Shown here one piece after another: positions 52,301-62,505 of a DNA stretch of 64,000 bases. A model generated the notes under the pieces. The model ran no database searches. It was not told where the DNA came from and was given only the letters and a program-made list of their open reading frames with translations. The translations under genes and the position numbers were made by a program. The stretch lies in contig NC_057722.1 in NCBI RefSeq assembly GCF_004010195.1, forward strand, positions 55,394,295 to 55,458,294, in the 5' to 3' direction. Source of the DNA: Chiloscyllium plagiosum (taxonomy: Eukaryota). Every line of letters begins with the position of its first letter. The first letter of the stretch is position 1.

Positions 52301-55300
52301 CCTGAAAATGATTGTTCAGAACAGGTGATCATCTGAGGGTATGACAGAAAGTACAAGCTTTCCCAAGGTATCCAGATGTAACCTTTTGGATCCATTTAGA
52401 TCCTTCTAGCATGTGAATTATTGATTATGCACCTGAAAATGAGATATAACTTATACTTAAAACATACACTATATTGCATTTAGCAGTTTATCATACCTGA
52501 ATTTATTGTGCAGTTATATTCAGTTATTTCAGCTTTTTCTCTGAGTTTTTCGATGAACGTTTTCAACTTACAGTGACCCATAGTCTAAAAACAAGTATCA
52601 GAATTAAGAAAAAGTTGCAATTTACATATAAGGAACACCAAAGTCTGAATTTTAATTAAAGCCTACATTGTGTCAACATGCTGCTGTAACCTATAACTCA
52701 GCACTGTTTGGAATGAGATGTATTTTAATCAAACAATTTTGGAATAGTTGTAAATATTTGTTGATGGTGTTTTCAGAGTAAATAATCAGAAAACTTACAG
52801 CTTCTGCACGTGGTCTAATGTTGCATTCTTTCCAGATTGTTTCATTTCCAACAGGGCAATCTGTTTCTTGGATAAAATAATCAATACTATATATTTTTCC
52901 TTGTAATTCCTGTGAATAACAGATTTATGTCAGTAAGTATTCTTGATGCTTCAGTTTAAACAATGAAATTGAATTCATATAGAACCTGTTTATAACATTT
53001 TGAGTTCATCAAGGTTTAAAAATATTGATACAATCAATGATCTTATTCTAACTCCTAATTTAATATACTCGGCCATAGACCTGTCAAAGTAATAGAATTT
53101 ATACAGCAAACTATATGGTATCCTGTATAAAGTATTTAAGTGTGATGTCTAACAGATACAAAGATTATAAATATGTTAATTATTGGGACAATCTATGTAA
53201 TATAAAATGGAGAAGTTAAGACATGTTTCAACTCTTGCCTACAAGCAAGCCTGCAAGGTTTGTTTTGTATGGAAACAATGGAGCCTAGATTTCTTTACTG
53301 GAAATAAGGTAAAAAGTATTCAAGCACAGGAGAATCGACATTTCGGGCATAAGCCCTTCTTCAGGCTTATGCCCGAAACGTCGATTCTCCTGTTCCCTGG
53401 ATGCTGCCTGACCTGCTGCGCTTTTCCAGCAACACATTTTCAGCTCTGATCTCCAGCATCTGCAGACCTCACTTTCTCCTAAAAAGTATTCAAGCCCATG
53501 AACAACGAGGAGACTCAAAGTTTGTGCGAAGATTTGTAGCTAGGGTGCTCGTTGTTGTGGTTCTGTTCGCCAAGCTGTCCGCTGTCAGTTCCAGCTATCC
53601 GCTGCAGTGGCTGGTATATTGGATCTAGGTCAATGTGGAACTGACATCCGGAAGCGGCAGATTCAAACCACTATAAATGCCAGAGAAAAGATCACAGAAG
53701 CGCTTCACAGGAGGCTCCCAAACACTGAGGATGTCACCTAGACAGGGGACGAAACGTCTGCAACACAAATTCCCAGCTCGGCGAACACAACCACAACAAT
53801 GAGGAGACTAGTTGTGCTAATATTGGGTAAACTATTGGTATCCTGGTCTTATAGGAATGTAAAGCTTTATACATGATTATACTTAAAGTGGCTGTTTAAC
53901 TGGAGATTAAATGAAGTTAGGAGCTGGAAAGACAGCTAATTTATTTTTCAACCATTAGACAAGACATATCAGTTCATGTTGCTTTATCCTGTGCTTTAAG
54001 CCAGTACTGTTACTTGCATGTTGAGATACCAATCTGGAATATCTCTGTACCGTGAGTGCCTGCATGTATACTGTCCCTGAGGATGCTTGCTCCTTACTTC
54101 TACCTCTACTTCAAATCCTCATGTATTATTTACACTCGTATAAAACAGTGTCTAAGTTCTTTCTCTTGTGCTTGTTCTAGACTGGTCACTGCTATTTTAC
54201 TGATGTCTGAGTCATGTGATCAGTGTCATCAACATGATTTACAGAAATCTCATCGCACCATGCACATGATGTGAAGATGCTGGTGTTGGATGTGGGATGA
54301 ACAAAGTTAAAATTCACACATTACCAGGTTAAAGTCCAACAGTTTATTTAGAAGTAAACCTGTTGGACTATAATCTGATGTTGTGTGATTTTTAACCATG
54401 CACATGCTATTGAGATAGACTTGTGAGAGGAGAACAGACTATAAATGGCTGTTGAAGGATTGACTTAGAGGGTTTTCTTATGTTACTTCTGAATCTGTCG
54501 GACATGTCAGTTTGTTAGGATCTGTGAAAGAGAGCAGAGAGCAGTCAGCAGAATTCAGGTTGGAACTTGCATTCAGATTGAAGAAGCGAGGGTCAGAAAA
54601 TTTGAAATGAGGCTGGTAGATTAATCTAGCTTTGGCTAGAAGGATCTATCTCCAGCATAATGCTTACCATGAAAGTCAGTTTGAGGGTTCAAAGTTGAAG
54701 GACGATAATAAGAAAAAGAAAGCAAGCCACTGGGAGCTGAAACTAGCTTTAGACTAGTTCCTGGAGAATTAAATGCCCACTGTAGTAACATAGTATAATC
54801 ATGCAAGGGGATTTTCAACCATTTAAATGTTAAGTGGGAAATGTCTTTTTAGACTCGTAACTATTTACAGTACAGATGGACGCCATTTAACACATCATGT
54901 TCACACTAGTCCACAAAGATTAGTTACTCTAATACCATTTTCCAGCTCTTGGTCAACAGTCCTGAGGCTGTGGCAATGCAAGTGAATATGTAAATACTGC
55001 CTAAATGTTAGGCTAATTTCTGACTCAACCACTCTTTCAGGCAGCCAAACTCCCACCACCTTTCTAGGTGAAAGCATTTTTTTCTCCTCAAGTATCCTCT
55101 TAGCCTTCTACTGCTTGGCTTAAATCTATGTTTCCTGATTATTGACCCCCCTACTGAAGGAAAAGTACCTTCTTAACCAACATCTCTGTGAACCACACTT
55201 CATTCAGGTTCCCTCACAAGCGTCACTGATCCATGCCTTAGCAAATAAAGGCAAGTATCCCTATGCTACCTTAACCACCTTAAGGGATCTATAGATGTGC

Positions 55301-58300
55301 ATACCAAGGTCCCTCTGACTTTTGAAACTCACTAGGGTCCTGTCAGTCAGTCTAATCCTTTGCTTTGATGGCACTCACCAAGTGCATTACCTCACATTTT
55401 TCTGGGTTGAATACTATTTGCCACTGACCTCCCCACTTGACCAATCATGGATATTTTCCTGCAGTTGAAGGTTAACCCCTTACTACTTACCACCGTGAAA
55501 GTGGTTGTGTCAACCTCTTACATTTGCATTCAAATTATCAATGTGCACCATGAGCAGCAGAGCCGAAGGAGCATGTCTTGCAGAACCCTACTGAAAACAG
55601 ATTTTCAATCACAGAAACATCTTTCAACAATCACCTTGTGCTTCTTGCCTCACTACCAATTTGGATTCAGCATGCCACTTTGCTCTGAATCCCGTGGACT
55701 CTTACTTTTCTTGTCCAGTTTGCCATGTGGGATCTTAATGGAAACCTTGCTAAAATCCATGTAGACCATATCAAATGCATTGCCTTCATCAACACCACTG
55801 GTTACATCCTCAAACATTTGATCAAATTTGCCAAAAATGACCTTCCTGTAATAAATCCATGCTGAGTGTCCTTGTTAATCTGTGCCTCTCCAGGTGCAGT
55901 CTGTCCTCAGAATTCATTCTAAACTCCCCCACTGCTGACTAGGCCTGTAATGTCCTGGCTTATCCCTTCCTAATAATGGGATGACATTTGTAAACTTCCA
56001 ATCCTCTGGCAACTTACCTGAAAGGACTTCAAAATTACTATTAGGGTCCCTGAAATGTCCTTCCATGTCTCATTCATTAGCCTGGAATACGTCTCAACCA
56101 AGAACAATGGATATGTCCATTTGGCATGCTGCCAAATTCACTGGTATCTCCTCTCTCTTTTTGTTAGTTTCTTCTTCTATTTAACAGTCTTCCATCCCAA
56201 TATCTATGCCTGTGTTGTCCCTCTCCATTGTGAAAACCAATGTAAAGTGTTCATTGAGGACAATCTTCCGGCTCCACACACAGATTACCTGTATAGTCCC
56301 TAATGGGATGTTTCCCTATATATATATATAGAAATTTCCTTTGTTCTCCTTTTATTCTAGCCACCAATGCTTTCTCATGACTCCCTTACATTTCCTAATT
56401 TTTTTTCTAAATTCCCCTCTGTATTTTTTATGCTCCTCCAGGGACTCAGCCATATTGAGCCTCTGCTATGTGAACGAATCTACCCTTCTTATTCCTGTCC
56501 TTTTTTGTCTCTTGACATTTAGGGTTCTCTGGTCTTGGTCCCATCCTTTGTCTTTATGGGAACATATTTGCTTTGCAGTCTTACTATTTCCTGCTAAATG
56601 CCTCTCACTGCTCTGATGCAGTTTCATCTGCTCCAAGCAGCTGCTCCCATTCCATTTAGGCCAAATCGTGTCTTATCTTAGAAAGGTTAGCCTTCACCCA
56701 GTCCTGAACTTTTATTCTTGACCTATTATTGTCCTTTTCCATAACTGTTGTAATCTAACAGTGTTATGGTCACTATTTCCAAAATACCCTTGTTTTGGTA
56801 CATCTTTCACATTGATTACTTCATGGAATCCCTCCAGTGTGGAAGTAGACCATATGGCCCATCAAATACACATCATCCCTCTGAAGAACATCCCACTTAG
56901 ACCCAGCCATCCCTGTAACCCTGCATTTCCCATGGATAACCCACATAATCATAGACACTAAGGGCAATTCAGCATGGCCGATATTCCTAACCAGCACACC
57001 TTTGAACTGTGGGAAGAAACCAGAACAAACCCATGCAAACACGGAGAGAATGTGATTTTAACTTCAGTTCTATATTTCTGGCTTATCACCCATTTCAGCC
57101 CCTTGGTAATCAGCCTTAAAAATATATAAAGGTTCTGCAGCCGCTATCTTTTTGAGAAAGGAATTCCAAAGACACTCAACTCTCAGAGAGGGAACATTTT
57201 TCATCTCTGTCTGACATCAGTGCAACTGGCAGTAAAAGGTCAGTTTACAACTAGCAGTTCCCAGTTAATTGTATTTTAGGCAGGCACCATAAGTTGACCA
57301 TCCAGCCTGTTTAGCACTCCTGACTAACATGACACAAATATCAAAAGATTTCTTAGATTGGGTCATTTTCATCTCCCTTCCTCTACAGTGATATATTTTC
57401 GATTGGGAGGGGAATGACTAAAGATTAGATTCCCTACAGTGTGGAAACAAGCCCTTCGGCCCAACAAGTCCACACCAACCCTCCGGAGGGTAACCCACCC
57501 AGACCCATTTCTCTTTGACTGACATACAAACACAATGGGCAATTTAGCATGGCCAATTCACCTAACCTGCACATCTTTGGACCATGGGAGGAAACCCACA
57601 CAGACACAGGGAGAACCTGTAAACTCCACACAGACAGTCACCCAAAGCTGGGTCCCTAGTTCTGTGAGGCAGCAGTGCTAACCACTGACCCACTGTGCCA
57701 CCCCACTAAAGGAACAGGGAAATATGATAGAACAATTGTAAGACCATGAAAGGATGGTAAAACCACCATAGGATAAAAGTAGCTCCAAATCCACTCAAGT
57801 TAAGCTGATGAACAAATGTAATTTGAACTGAAAACTGTTACGAAGTTGTGGGTGCACTGTATCATTAAGGGAGCTGAAATTTCTGGCGAGTACAAAGTAT
57901 TCTGAACAAGGTAACAATGTAACATTTGGTCAAACAGCAAGCTGTTGTTGGGTTGCAATAAGACAAAAACAAATTCAAATTCAGCTAATCAGTTTAAATT
58001 ATGCGCCAAGATACCAAACTCCAATCAAATTTGAATTTAGTATTTTGAAAATAGTAAACCAATGAAACGATCCAATGTTTTGGGGTACAAAAACAGAAAA
58101 AATTGAACAACTGGGGAAGAACTGCCAAGCCACCACCAAGTACAGACTGCCAGCAGAAGAGCTCTCTGAGTAGTACCTGTCTATAAGATTGTGCAGCAGA
58201 ATATCAAGACCGACTTGGAGAGAGAATCTACAATGGAAAATCTATAGAGAACACTTGGAAATGCTGACTGGTTTTGAAATTTTTATTTGTAAATCTTATT

Positions 58301-60903
58301 TGAGATTTTTATTGGACTAGCTGGTGGCACAGTGGTTCGCACTGCTGCCTCACAGCGCTAGGGACCCAGGTTCAATTCCAGCCTCGGGTGACTGTCTGTG
58401 TGGAGCTTGCACATTCTCCACGTGCCTGCCAGGGCTTCCTTTGGGTATTCTGGTTTCCTCCCACAATCCAAAGATGTGCAGGTCAGGTGAATTGGTCATG
58501 CTAAATTGCCCAGATAGGTACATTAGGTAGGAGAATGGGTCTGGGTGGGTTACTCTTCAGAGGGTCAGCGTGATGAAGGGCTTTTGCCTGAAATGTCAAT
58601 TTTCCTGCTCCTCGAATGCTGTGCTTTTCCAGCACCACTCTAATGTTGACTGTAATCTCCAGCATCTGCAGTACCCACTTGTGCCTAGAGGGTCAGTGTG
58701 GACTTGTTGGGCCAAAGGGCCTGTATCCATACTGTAGTGAATCTAATCTAATCTAGTATTGTAGAGTGGGAGATAAAAGATATGCTTCAGAGAAAGGAAT
58801 TGCAAATAGTTGTTAGTTAATATTCTCTGTTAGACTTACAGAATACAGTTCTTAAAGTTTTACTTCAAATAGTGACTTTTGGGATAGTTCTTTGCCTCTC
58901 GAATTTTAACAGATTACAGCATGGGGTGAATCTTTTCTGTGTGGCCAGTTGAAATTAGCAGAGGCAGTTACCCCATGTCATAATAAAACCCAGACCATGA
59001 ACTATAGCAGCAGGTCAATCTATTAGCTCAAGCTGATCTGTTCATGATCTATTCCTTTTGTATGGGCAGCTAGGTATTTTGGAAGGGCTTCAGAGGACTG
59101 ATCAGAGGCCATCATGACAGAGAAGCTAAGACTACCAGTGCATGTATTCTGCCTTTTAAATGTACATCATTCTAGAGCAGCAATAGAATGGATGTCAACA
59201 CTAGAAAAGGAAGATGGGGATGGCCATAGAAGATCTGGCAAAGTACATTTTAAGGAAGAATTTTGAACACAGGAGACTGGATTGGCATGAAAGACATTGC
59301 AATAGATTGAGACTTGTGGCAGTGTCTTGCTGCCTATTGTCCAATACGAGACCAGAGAAATCAAGTCTATGTTTATTATCCTTGCAAGCCAGCTTGCAAT
59401 ATGTAAAACAGAGGACAGTGATTATTGGCCTGTTTCTTTAGAACATAGAACATAGAACAATACAGCACAGAACAGGCCCTTCGGCCCACGATGTTGTGCC
59501 GAACATTTATCCTAGCTTAAGCACCTATCCATGTACCTATCCAATTGCCACTTAAAGTTTGCCAATGATTCTGACTCTGCCACTCCCACAGGCAGTGCAT
59601 TCCATGCCGCCACCACTCTCTGGGTAAAGAACCTACCCCTGACAGCTCCCCTTTCCTTCCACCCTTCACCTTAAATTTATGTCCCTTNNNNNNNNNNNNN
59701 NNNNNNNNNNNNNNNNNNNNNNNNNNNNNNNNNNNNNNNNNNNNNNNNNNNNNNNNNNNNNNNNNNNNNNNNNNNNNNNNNNNNNNNNNNNNNNNNNNNN
59801 NNNNNNNNNNNNNNNNNNNNNNNNNNNNNNNNNNNNNNNNNNNNNNNNNNNNNNNNNNNNNNNNNNNNNNNNNNNNNNNNNNNNNNNNNNNNNNNNNNNN
59901 NNNNNNNNNNNNNNNNNNNNNNNNNNNNNNNNNNNNNNNNNNNNNNNNNNNNNNNNNNNNNNNNNNNNNNNNNNNNNNNNNNNNNNNNNNNNNNNNNNNN
60001 NNNNNNNNNNNNNNNNNNNNNNNNNNNNNNNNNNNNNNNNNNNNNNNNNNNNNNNNNNNNNNNNNNNNNNNNNNNNNNNNNNNNNNNNNNNNNNNNNNNN
60101 NNNNNNNNNNNNNNNNNNNNNNNNNNNNNNNNNNNNNNNNNNNNNNNNNNNNNNNNNNNNNNNNNNNNNNNNNNNNNNNNNNNNNNNTTTAAACCACCAA
60201 ATTGAAACTGCTTTATGCTGACTTTCTGAACATAAATTCATTCTAAGTAGCTATGAATCACTGAACAGTAAGTCAATGATGTGGCCTGGTGGTCCAATAT
60301 GGACATATAATACATTGGGTAGGATGTTGGTGAAGCATAGAGGTGTCTTGTATTGGTGTGGCACATTGGAGTTCTAATACAGTGTGTATGGCTCTGTAAA
60401 ATATGATTGTCAATATTATTTCCACAAGCAAATTCCTCATCTCAACTACTATCTAGTGAACATATGGACCAGAAGCAAAGTAATGGGAAGCTATGGGTGA
60501 TATATTTTCTCCACATGATCAGTCAAAGTAACTACAACCTGACAACTTACATATATATGCTCAAAATGTTTTCCAAAAGAAATAGAAAATGCACTTAAAT
60601 ATCATAATGCAAGGAGAAATATTATTACACTTGTATACACATATTACACAATAATAGAGTAAACGATTTGCTTACCTTTGCTCTAGCCCTGAAGACATAG
60701 TGAAGAGCAAATTTATGACCACTTGTCAGGTTGGCATTTAATTTACGAAGAGAGAAATCTACACCAGCTAGAACGTCTGGATCATCACAAGAGATAGGCT
60801 CAAGTGCAATATCTGGATGTGACTTAAGTAATGGTATTGGTGGTGAATCAGTATTAACATATAACAGTTGAATGATAAAGAAAGCAATGTGCAGAAGTTC
60901 CAT
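34228..60903 (-). CDS. kng1: Kininogen-like gene, paralog B (complete, 7 coding exons, 309 aa; two cystatin domains, kinin-like segment, CPG tail)
   Basis: join(60903-60676, 52909-52799, 52584-52497, 45535-45378, 44484-44371, 37224-37141, 34374-34228). All introns are GT-AG with phases 0,0,1,0,0,0. The 930 nt give 309 aa plus stop with no frameshift. Motifs: signal peptide, ISCDDPDV, QETDC..IWKEC, CPGCP, Q|VVAG, QETECSKE, PKCPGKTWK (human HMW kininogen has PKCPGRPWK). Confidence 0.88.
36103..36298. mobile_element. Penelope-derived fold-back insert with 14-bp TSD
   Basis: agcaatttgtttct at 36089-36102 and 36299-36312; inverted arms. Confidence 0.85.
36366..37054. mobile_element. Non-autonomous Tc1/mariner (Tigger/pogo-like) DNA element
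   Basis: TA-flanked imperfect TIRs cagaaggccctcaaatatcc / ggataatcgaggttcttctg, with internal gattatccgaac repeats. Confidence 0.7.
37141..37224 (-). CDS. kng1: Paralog B exon 6 (end of cystatin domain 2)
   Basis: tgttatag|MFCHSEVITQIWMNYTAVDITCTYEPFP|gtaatt; 84 nt. The C..V..xW..C pattern matches the last cystatin exon of kininogen, and it ends in phase 0. Not in the ORF track. Confidence 0.85.
37305..37922 (+). mobile_element. CR1 3' fragment
   Basis: RT C-terminal motifs and a cttatggtcttatg tail. Confidence 0.85.
38472..39916 (+). mobile_element. 5'-truncated CR1 LINE interrupted by a Penelope-derived insert
   Basis: NYRPISLTSVVGKILE, YLDFQKAFDKVPH, GVPQGSVLGP, KFADDTK; a 5-N gap at 39606-39610. 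Confidence 0.92.
38691..38882. mobile_element. Penelope-derived fold-back insert with 15-bp TSD
   Basis: aacccagt(a/g)gatgtg at 38676-38690 and 38883-38897. Confidence 0.85.
41025..41225 (-). mobile_element. CR1 3' tail
   Basis: (atagaac)n tail followed by caggccctttggccc. Confidence 0.75.
41400..42420 (+). mobile_element. Old CR1 endonuclease-region fragment
   Basis: IYRPP and IGDFN remnants. Confidence 0.6.
42488..42706. mobile_element. Young Penelope-derived insert: perfect 187-bp palindrome with hammerhead cores
   Basis: 93-bp arms at 42488-42580 and 42582-42674 with no mismatch; flanking repeat ccttttttaaaacata at 42473-42488 and 42707-42722. Confidence 0.92.
42584..42611 (+). ncRNA. 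Minimal type I hammerhead ribozyme motif (mirror copy on the minus strand)
   Basis: CUGAAGA-a-GGGC-uuau-GCCC-GAAAC-GUC; palindromic ACGU replaces helix III. Confidence 0.7.
43330..43930. mobile_element. Second-family Penelope-derived element with long inverted termini, absent from the homologous intron of paralog A
   Basis: Inverted arms at about 43365-43500 and 43805-43930, each with a cac-CTGA(T/A)GA-aggagc..-(G/A)AAAGC-type motif; A and B homology resumes on both sides. Confidence 0.75.
44371..44484 (-). CDS. kng1: Paralog B exon 5 (QVVAG loop)
   Basis: taaacag|VVAGMKYELKFTIQETECSKEDSNIRAANCDAKADGEK|gtgagt; 114 nt. Confidence 0.92.
45378..45535 (-). CDS. kng1: Paralog B exon 4 (start of cystatin domain 2)
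   Basis: ttccatag|(G)NRPRPPCPGCPRHQLDHPKLNEIIALAVAKFNTESNYTNYFQHDIVFTFTYQ|gttaga; 158 nt. Confidence 0.9.
46217..46518 (-). mobile_element. V-SINE (HE1-like)
   Basis: tRNA head, V domain and tail. Confidence 0.85.
46793..47122 (-). mobile_element. V-SINE (HE1-like)
   Basis: tRNA head, V domain and tail. Confidence 0.85.
47335..48608 (+). mobile_element. Penelope-like retroelement, 5'-truncated and degenerate (RT thumb, GIY-YIG, 3' repeat)
   Basis: FHPNLKFT..LPFLD..TDIYYKPT, LVLTFHP, FTCTSSNIIYFIWCSRCGLL*IRET, PVAIHFNS, LIFHLGRLQP..MNIEF. It ends in the same sequence as the short inserts, with a decayed hammerhead at 48515-48541. Confidence 0.88.
48878..49850 (-). mobile_element. CR1 LINE 3' fragment
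   Basis: MEFRRMRGDL and GVPQGSVLGP remnants, plus 3' tail. Confidence 0.85.
50529..50750. mobile_element. Penelope-derived fold-back insert with TSD
   Basis: actcccataat(g/c)cagag at 50512-50528 and 50751-50767; CTGATGA-aGGGCttatGCCC-GAAACATC at 50663-50690. Confidence 0.85.
52497..52584 (-). CDS. kng1: Paralog B exon 3
   Basis: tttttag|TMGHCKLKTFIEKLREKAEITEYNCTINS+G|gtatga; 88 nt, phase 0 to 1. Confidence 0.88.
52799..52909 (-). CDS. kng1: Paralog B exon 2
   Basis: ttcacag|ELQGKIYSIDYFIQETDCPVGNETIWKECNIRPRAEA|gtaagt; 111 nt, typical second-exon size for kininogen/fetuin cystatin domains. Confidence 0.9.
53326..53479. mobile_element. Penelope-derived insert with 16-bp TSD
   Basis: taaaaagtattcaagc at 53310-53325 and 53480-53495. 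Confidence 0.88.
53516..53794. mobile_element. Third-family Penelope-derived insert with hammerhead motif and 15-bp TSD
   Basis: aacaa(c/t)gaggagact at 53501-53515 and 53795-53809; partly inverted structure. Confidence 0.8.
53725..53758 (+). ncRNA. Minimal hammerhead ribozyme motif
   Basis: CUGAGGA-u-GUCaCCU-agac-AGGgGAC-GAAAC-GUC, with ca/ug closing helix I. Confidence 0.7.
54269..54394. mobile_element. Penelope-derived mini fold-back (family 2) with 12-bp TSD
   Basis: accatgcacatg at 54257-54268 and 54395-54406. Confidence 0.75.
54860..56820 (-). mobile_element. Old degenerate CR1 LINE
   Basis: Remnants of YMDFSKVS and QHGF motifs, plus a 3' tail. Confidence 0.65.
56825..57052 (-). mobile_element. 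V-SINE fragment
   Basis: V domain and tail. Confidence 0.8.
57423..57704 (-). mobile_element. V-SINE (HE1-like)
   Basis: tRNA head, V domain and tail. Confidence 0.85.
57836..58985 (+). mobile_element. Probable solo LTR (Gypsy-like) containing nested inserts
   Basis: tgttacga ... tcataata termini (decayed inverted repeat) with a 4-bp aaac duplication on both sides. Confidence 0.55.
58322..58755 (+). mobile_element. V-SINE inside the LTR, itself interrupted by a Penelope-derived insert (58573-58686)
   Basis: Full tRNA head and V domain; TSD agagggtcag(c/t)gtg at 58559-58572 and 58687-58700. Confidence 0.85.
59440..59687 (-). mobile_element. CR1 3' end running into the gap
   Basis: (tagaaca)n tail and FFTQRVV motif. 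Confidence 0.8.
59688..60187. other. Assembly gap (about 500 N) in intron 1 of paralog B
   Basis: Run of n. Confidence 0.99.
60676..60903 (-). CDS. kng1: Paralog B exon 1 (signal peptide and start of cystatin domain 1)
   Basis: MELLHIAFFIIQLLYVNTDSPPIPLLKSHPDIALEPISCDDPDVLAGVDFSLRKLNANLTSGHKFALHYVFRARAK; donor AAG|gtaagc; 228 nt, the same length as paralog A exon 1. Confidence 0.9.
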
Positions 60904-60959
60904 ACTGATTTGTGGATATAAAAGTTACACTGCCTCCAACAAGGTATCAGCACCAAAGA

Positions 60960-61240
60960 GAATGTTAAACTGCTTTATATAAATATGATTTGTAAATAGG
61001 AAGCATGACAAAACCAACTTTTCAGTCAATAGTTGAAATTGCTTGTGCAACATGGTCTCACATTTGTTCTCGTTAAACAAGTCAGAGATCAGCCTAACAG
61101 GAGGGATAAGTGACCTTGGCCTGAAGATAAGAAAATAAATGTTTCAACATTGATGCTACCTCTCCATTTCCTGCCCACTCATCATCAATATCTGCTGATA
61201 ATCAGAATTGATGGGAATAATCTTTGTTGTATGCATTTCT
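60960..61240 (-). promoter_or_regulatory. Putative proximal promoter of paralog B with TATA box
   Basis: TATATAAA on the minus strand at 60981-60974, about 70 nt upstream of the ATG. Conserved ttgtgcaa (61043-61050), ccaaggtca (NR5A-like) and agataa (61125-61130). Confidence 0.55.
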
Positions 61241-61424
61241 TTTCCAGTAGAACATGGGTTTCACTGGCGTGGCCAGCAATTATTGCCTGTCCTTAAATGC
61301 CGTTGAGAAAGTACCTTCTTGAACCACTGCAGACCATATGCTTTGGGTAGACCCACAATTGCTGTACAATTGTTTGCGAGTATTCAAATATAATATTTTG
61401 TTATCTCTTCTTTTGAAAAGATTT

Positions 61425-62505
61425 TGATTTGATTTATTGTTGTCACATATATCAAGCTACAGTGAAAAATATTGTCTTGTGTAATCAGGAAAATCATATC
61501 TTACATAAGTACATCAGGGTAATAGAACAGAATACAGAGCTACAGAGAAGTTGCAAAGAAAGATCAACTTTAATATATGAGAAAGCCATTCCTAAGTCAG
61601 ATAAGAGGATAACAGCACCAAAGACCTAGAATTTATTCTAGCCCCAGGTGACCTGGTTGTGTGCAGTTCTCACATGCTCTCTGTGTCTGTGTGAATTTCC
61701 TCCAGGTGTGCTGGTTTCCCCCCACAGTCCAAAGATGTGTAGCTTAGGTAGATTGGCCATGGGAAATGAAGGGTTACAGGGATGGGATGGGTCTGGGTGA
61801 GATGCTCTTTGGAACATCAGGATGGGTTGAGTGGCCTGATTCCACATTATAAGGATTCTATAATTCGACAATATGCTGTACTAAAATCTGTTGGCACATG
61901 TTTTCAAACTTTTGTATCTTCTGCCTGATGGAAGAGAGTAAAACTGGAGCAGGAGAGGTCTTTGATTATGTCAGCTACTTTCCCAAAGGAAGCAGGAAGT
62001 GTAGACATAGTCAGTGGGAGGAAGGATGGTTTTCATGATGGACTCACCTGCTTTCACAACTCTGTGTAATTTCTTACCATCTTGGGTGGATCAATTGCCA
62101 TACCAAGCTGTGATACCTCTGAATAGGATGTTTTCTATGGTGCATCTACAAAAATTGGTAAGGGTTATTGCGGACATGTCAAATTTCCTTAATCTTCTGA
62201 GAAAGTAGAGACATTGGTCTGCTTTCTTGATTGTAGCATCGATGTGAATGGACTGGGATAGTTTGCTGGTGATATTTACTCCACGGAACTTGAAGCTCTT
62301 GACCACTTCCACCTCAACACCATTGATACAGACAACTGGGGGGCGAGGGGGGGTCTTTCACTCCACTTCCCGAAGTCGATGACCAGCTCCTTTGTTTTTC
62401 TGACATTGAGGGAGGAATTGTTGTCTTTACAACATGCCACTGAGCTCTCTATCTCTGTCCTGGACTCTATGTCGTCACTGATTGAGATCCAACCCACTAC
62501 AGTGA
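61425..62505 (-). mobile_element. Rex1/Babar-like LINE 3' fragment with an inserted V-SINE (61638-61870)
   Basis: LNVRKTKELVIDF and LYFLRRLRKF..FCRCTIENIL..ITAWYGN. Confidence 0.8.

Noticed and set aside
58322-58395. tRNA-like sequence
   Set aside because: It is the head of a V-SINE, not a tRNA gene.
59666-60241. Long ORFs across the N run
   Set aside because: Artefacts of the assembly gap.
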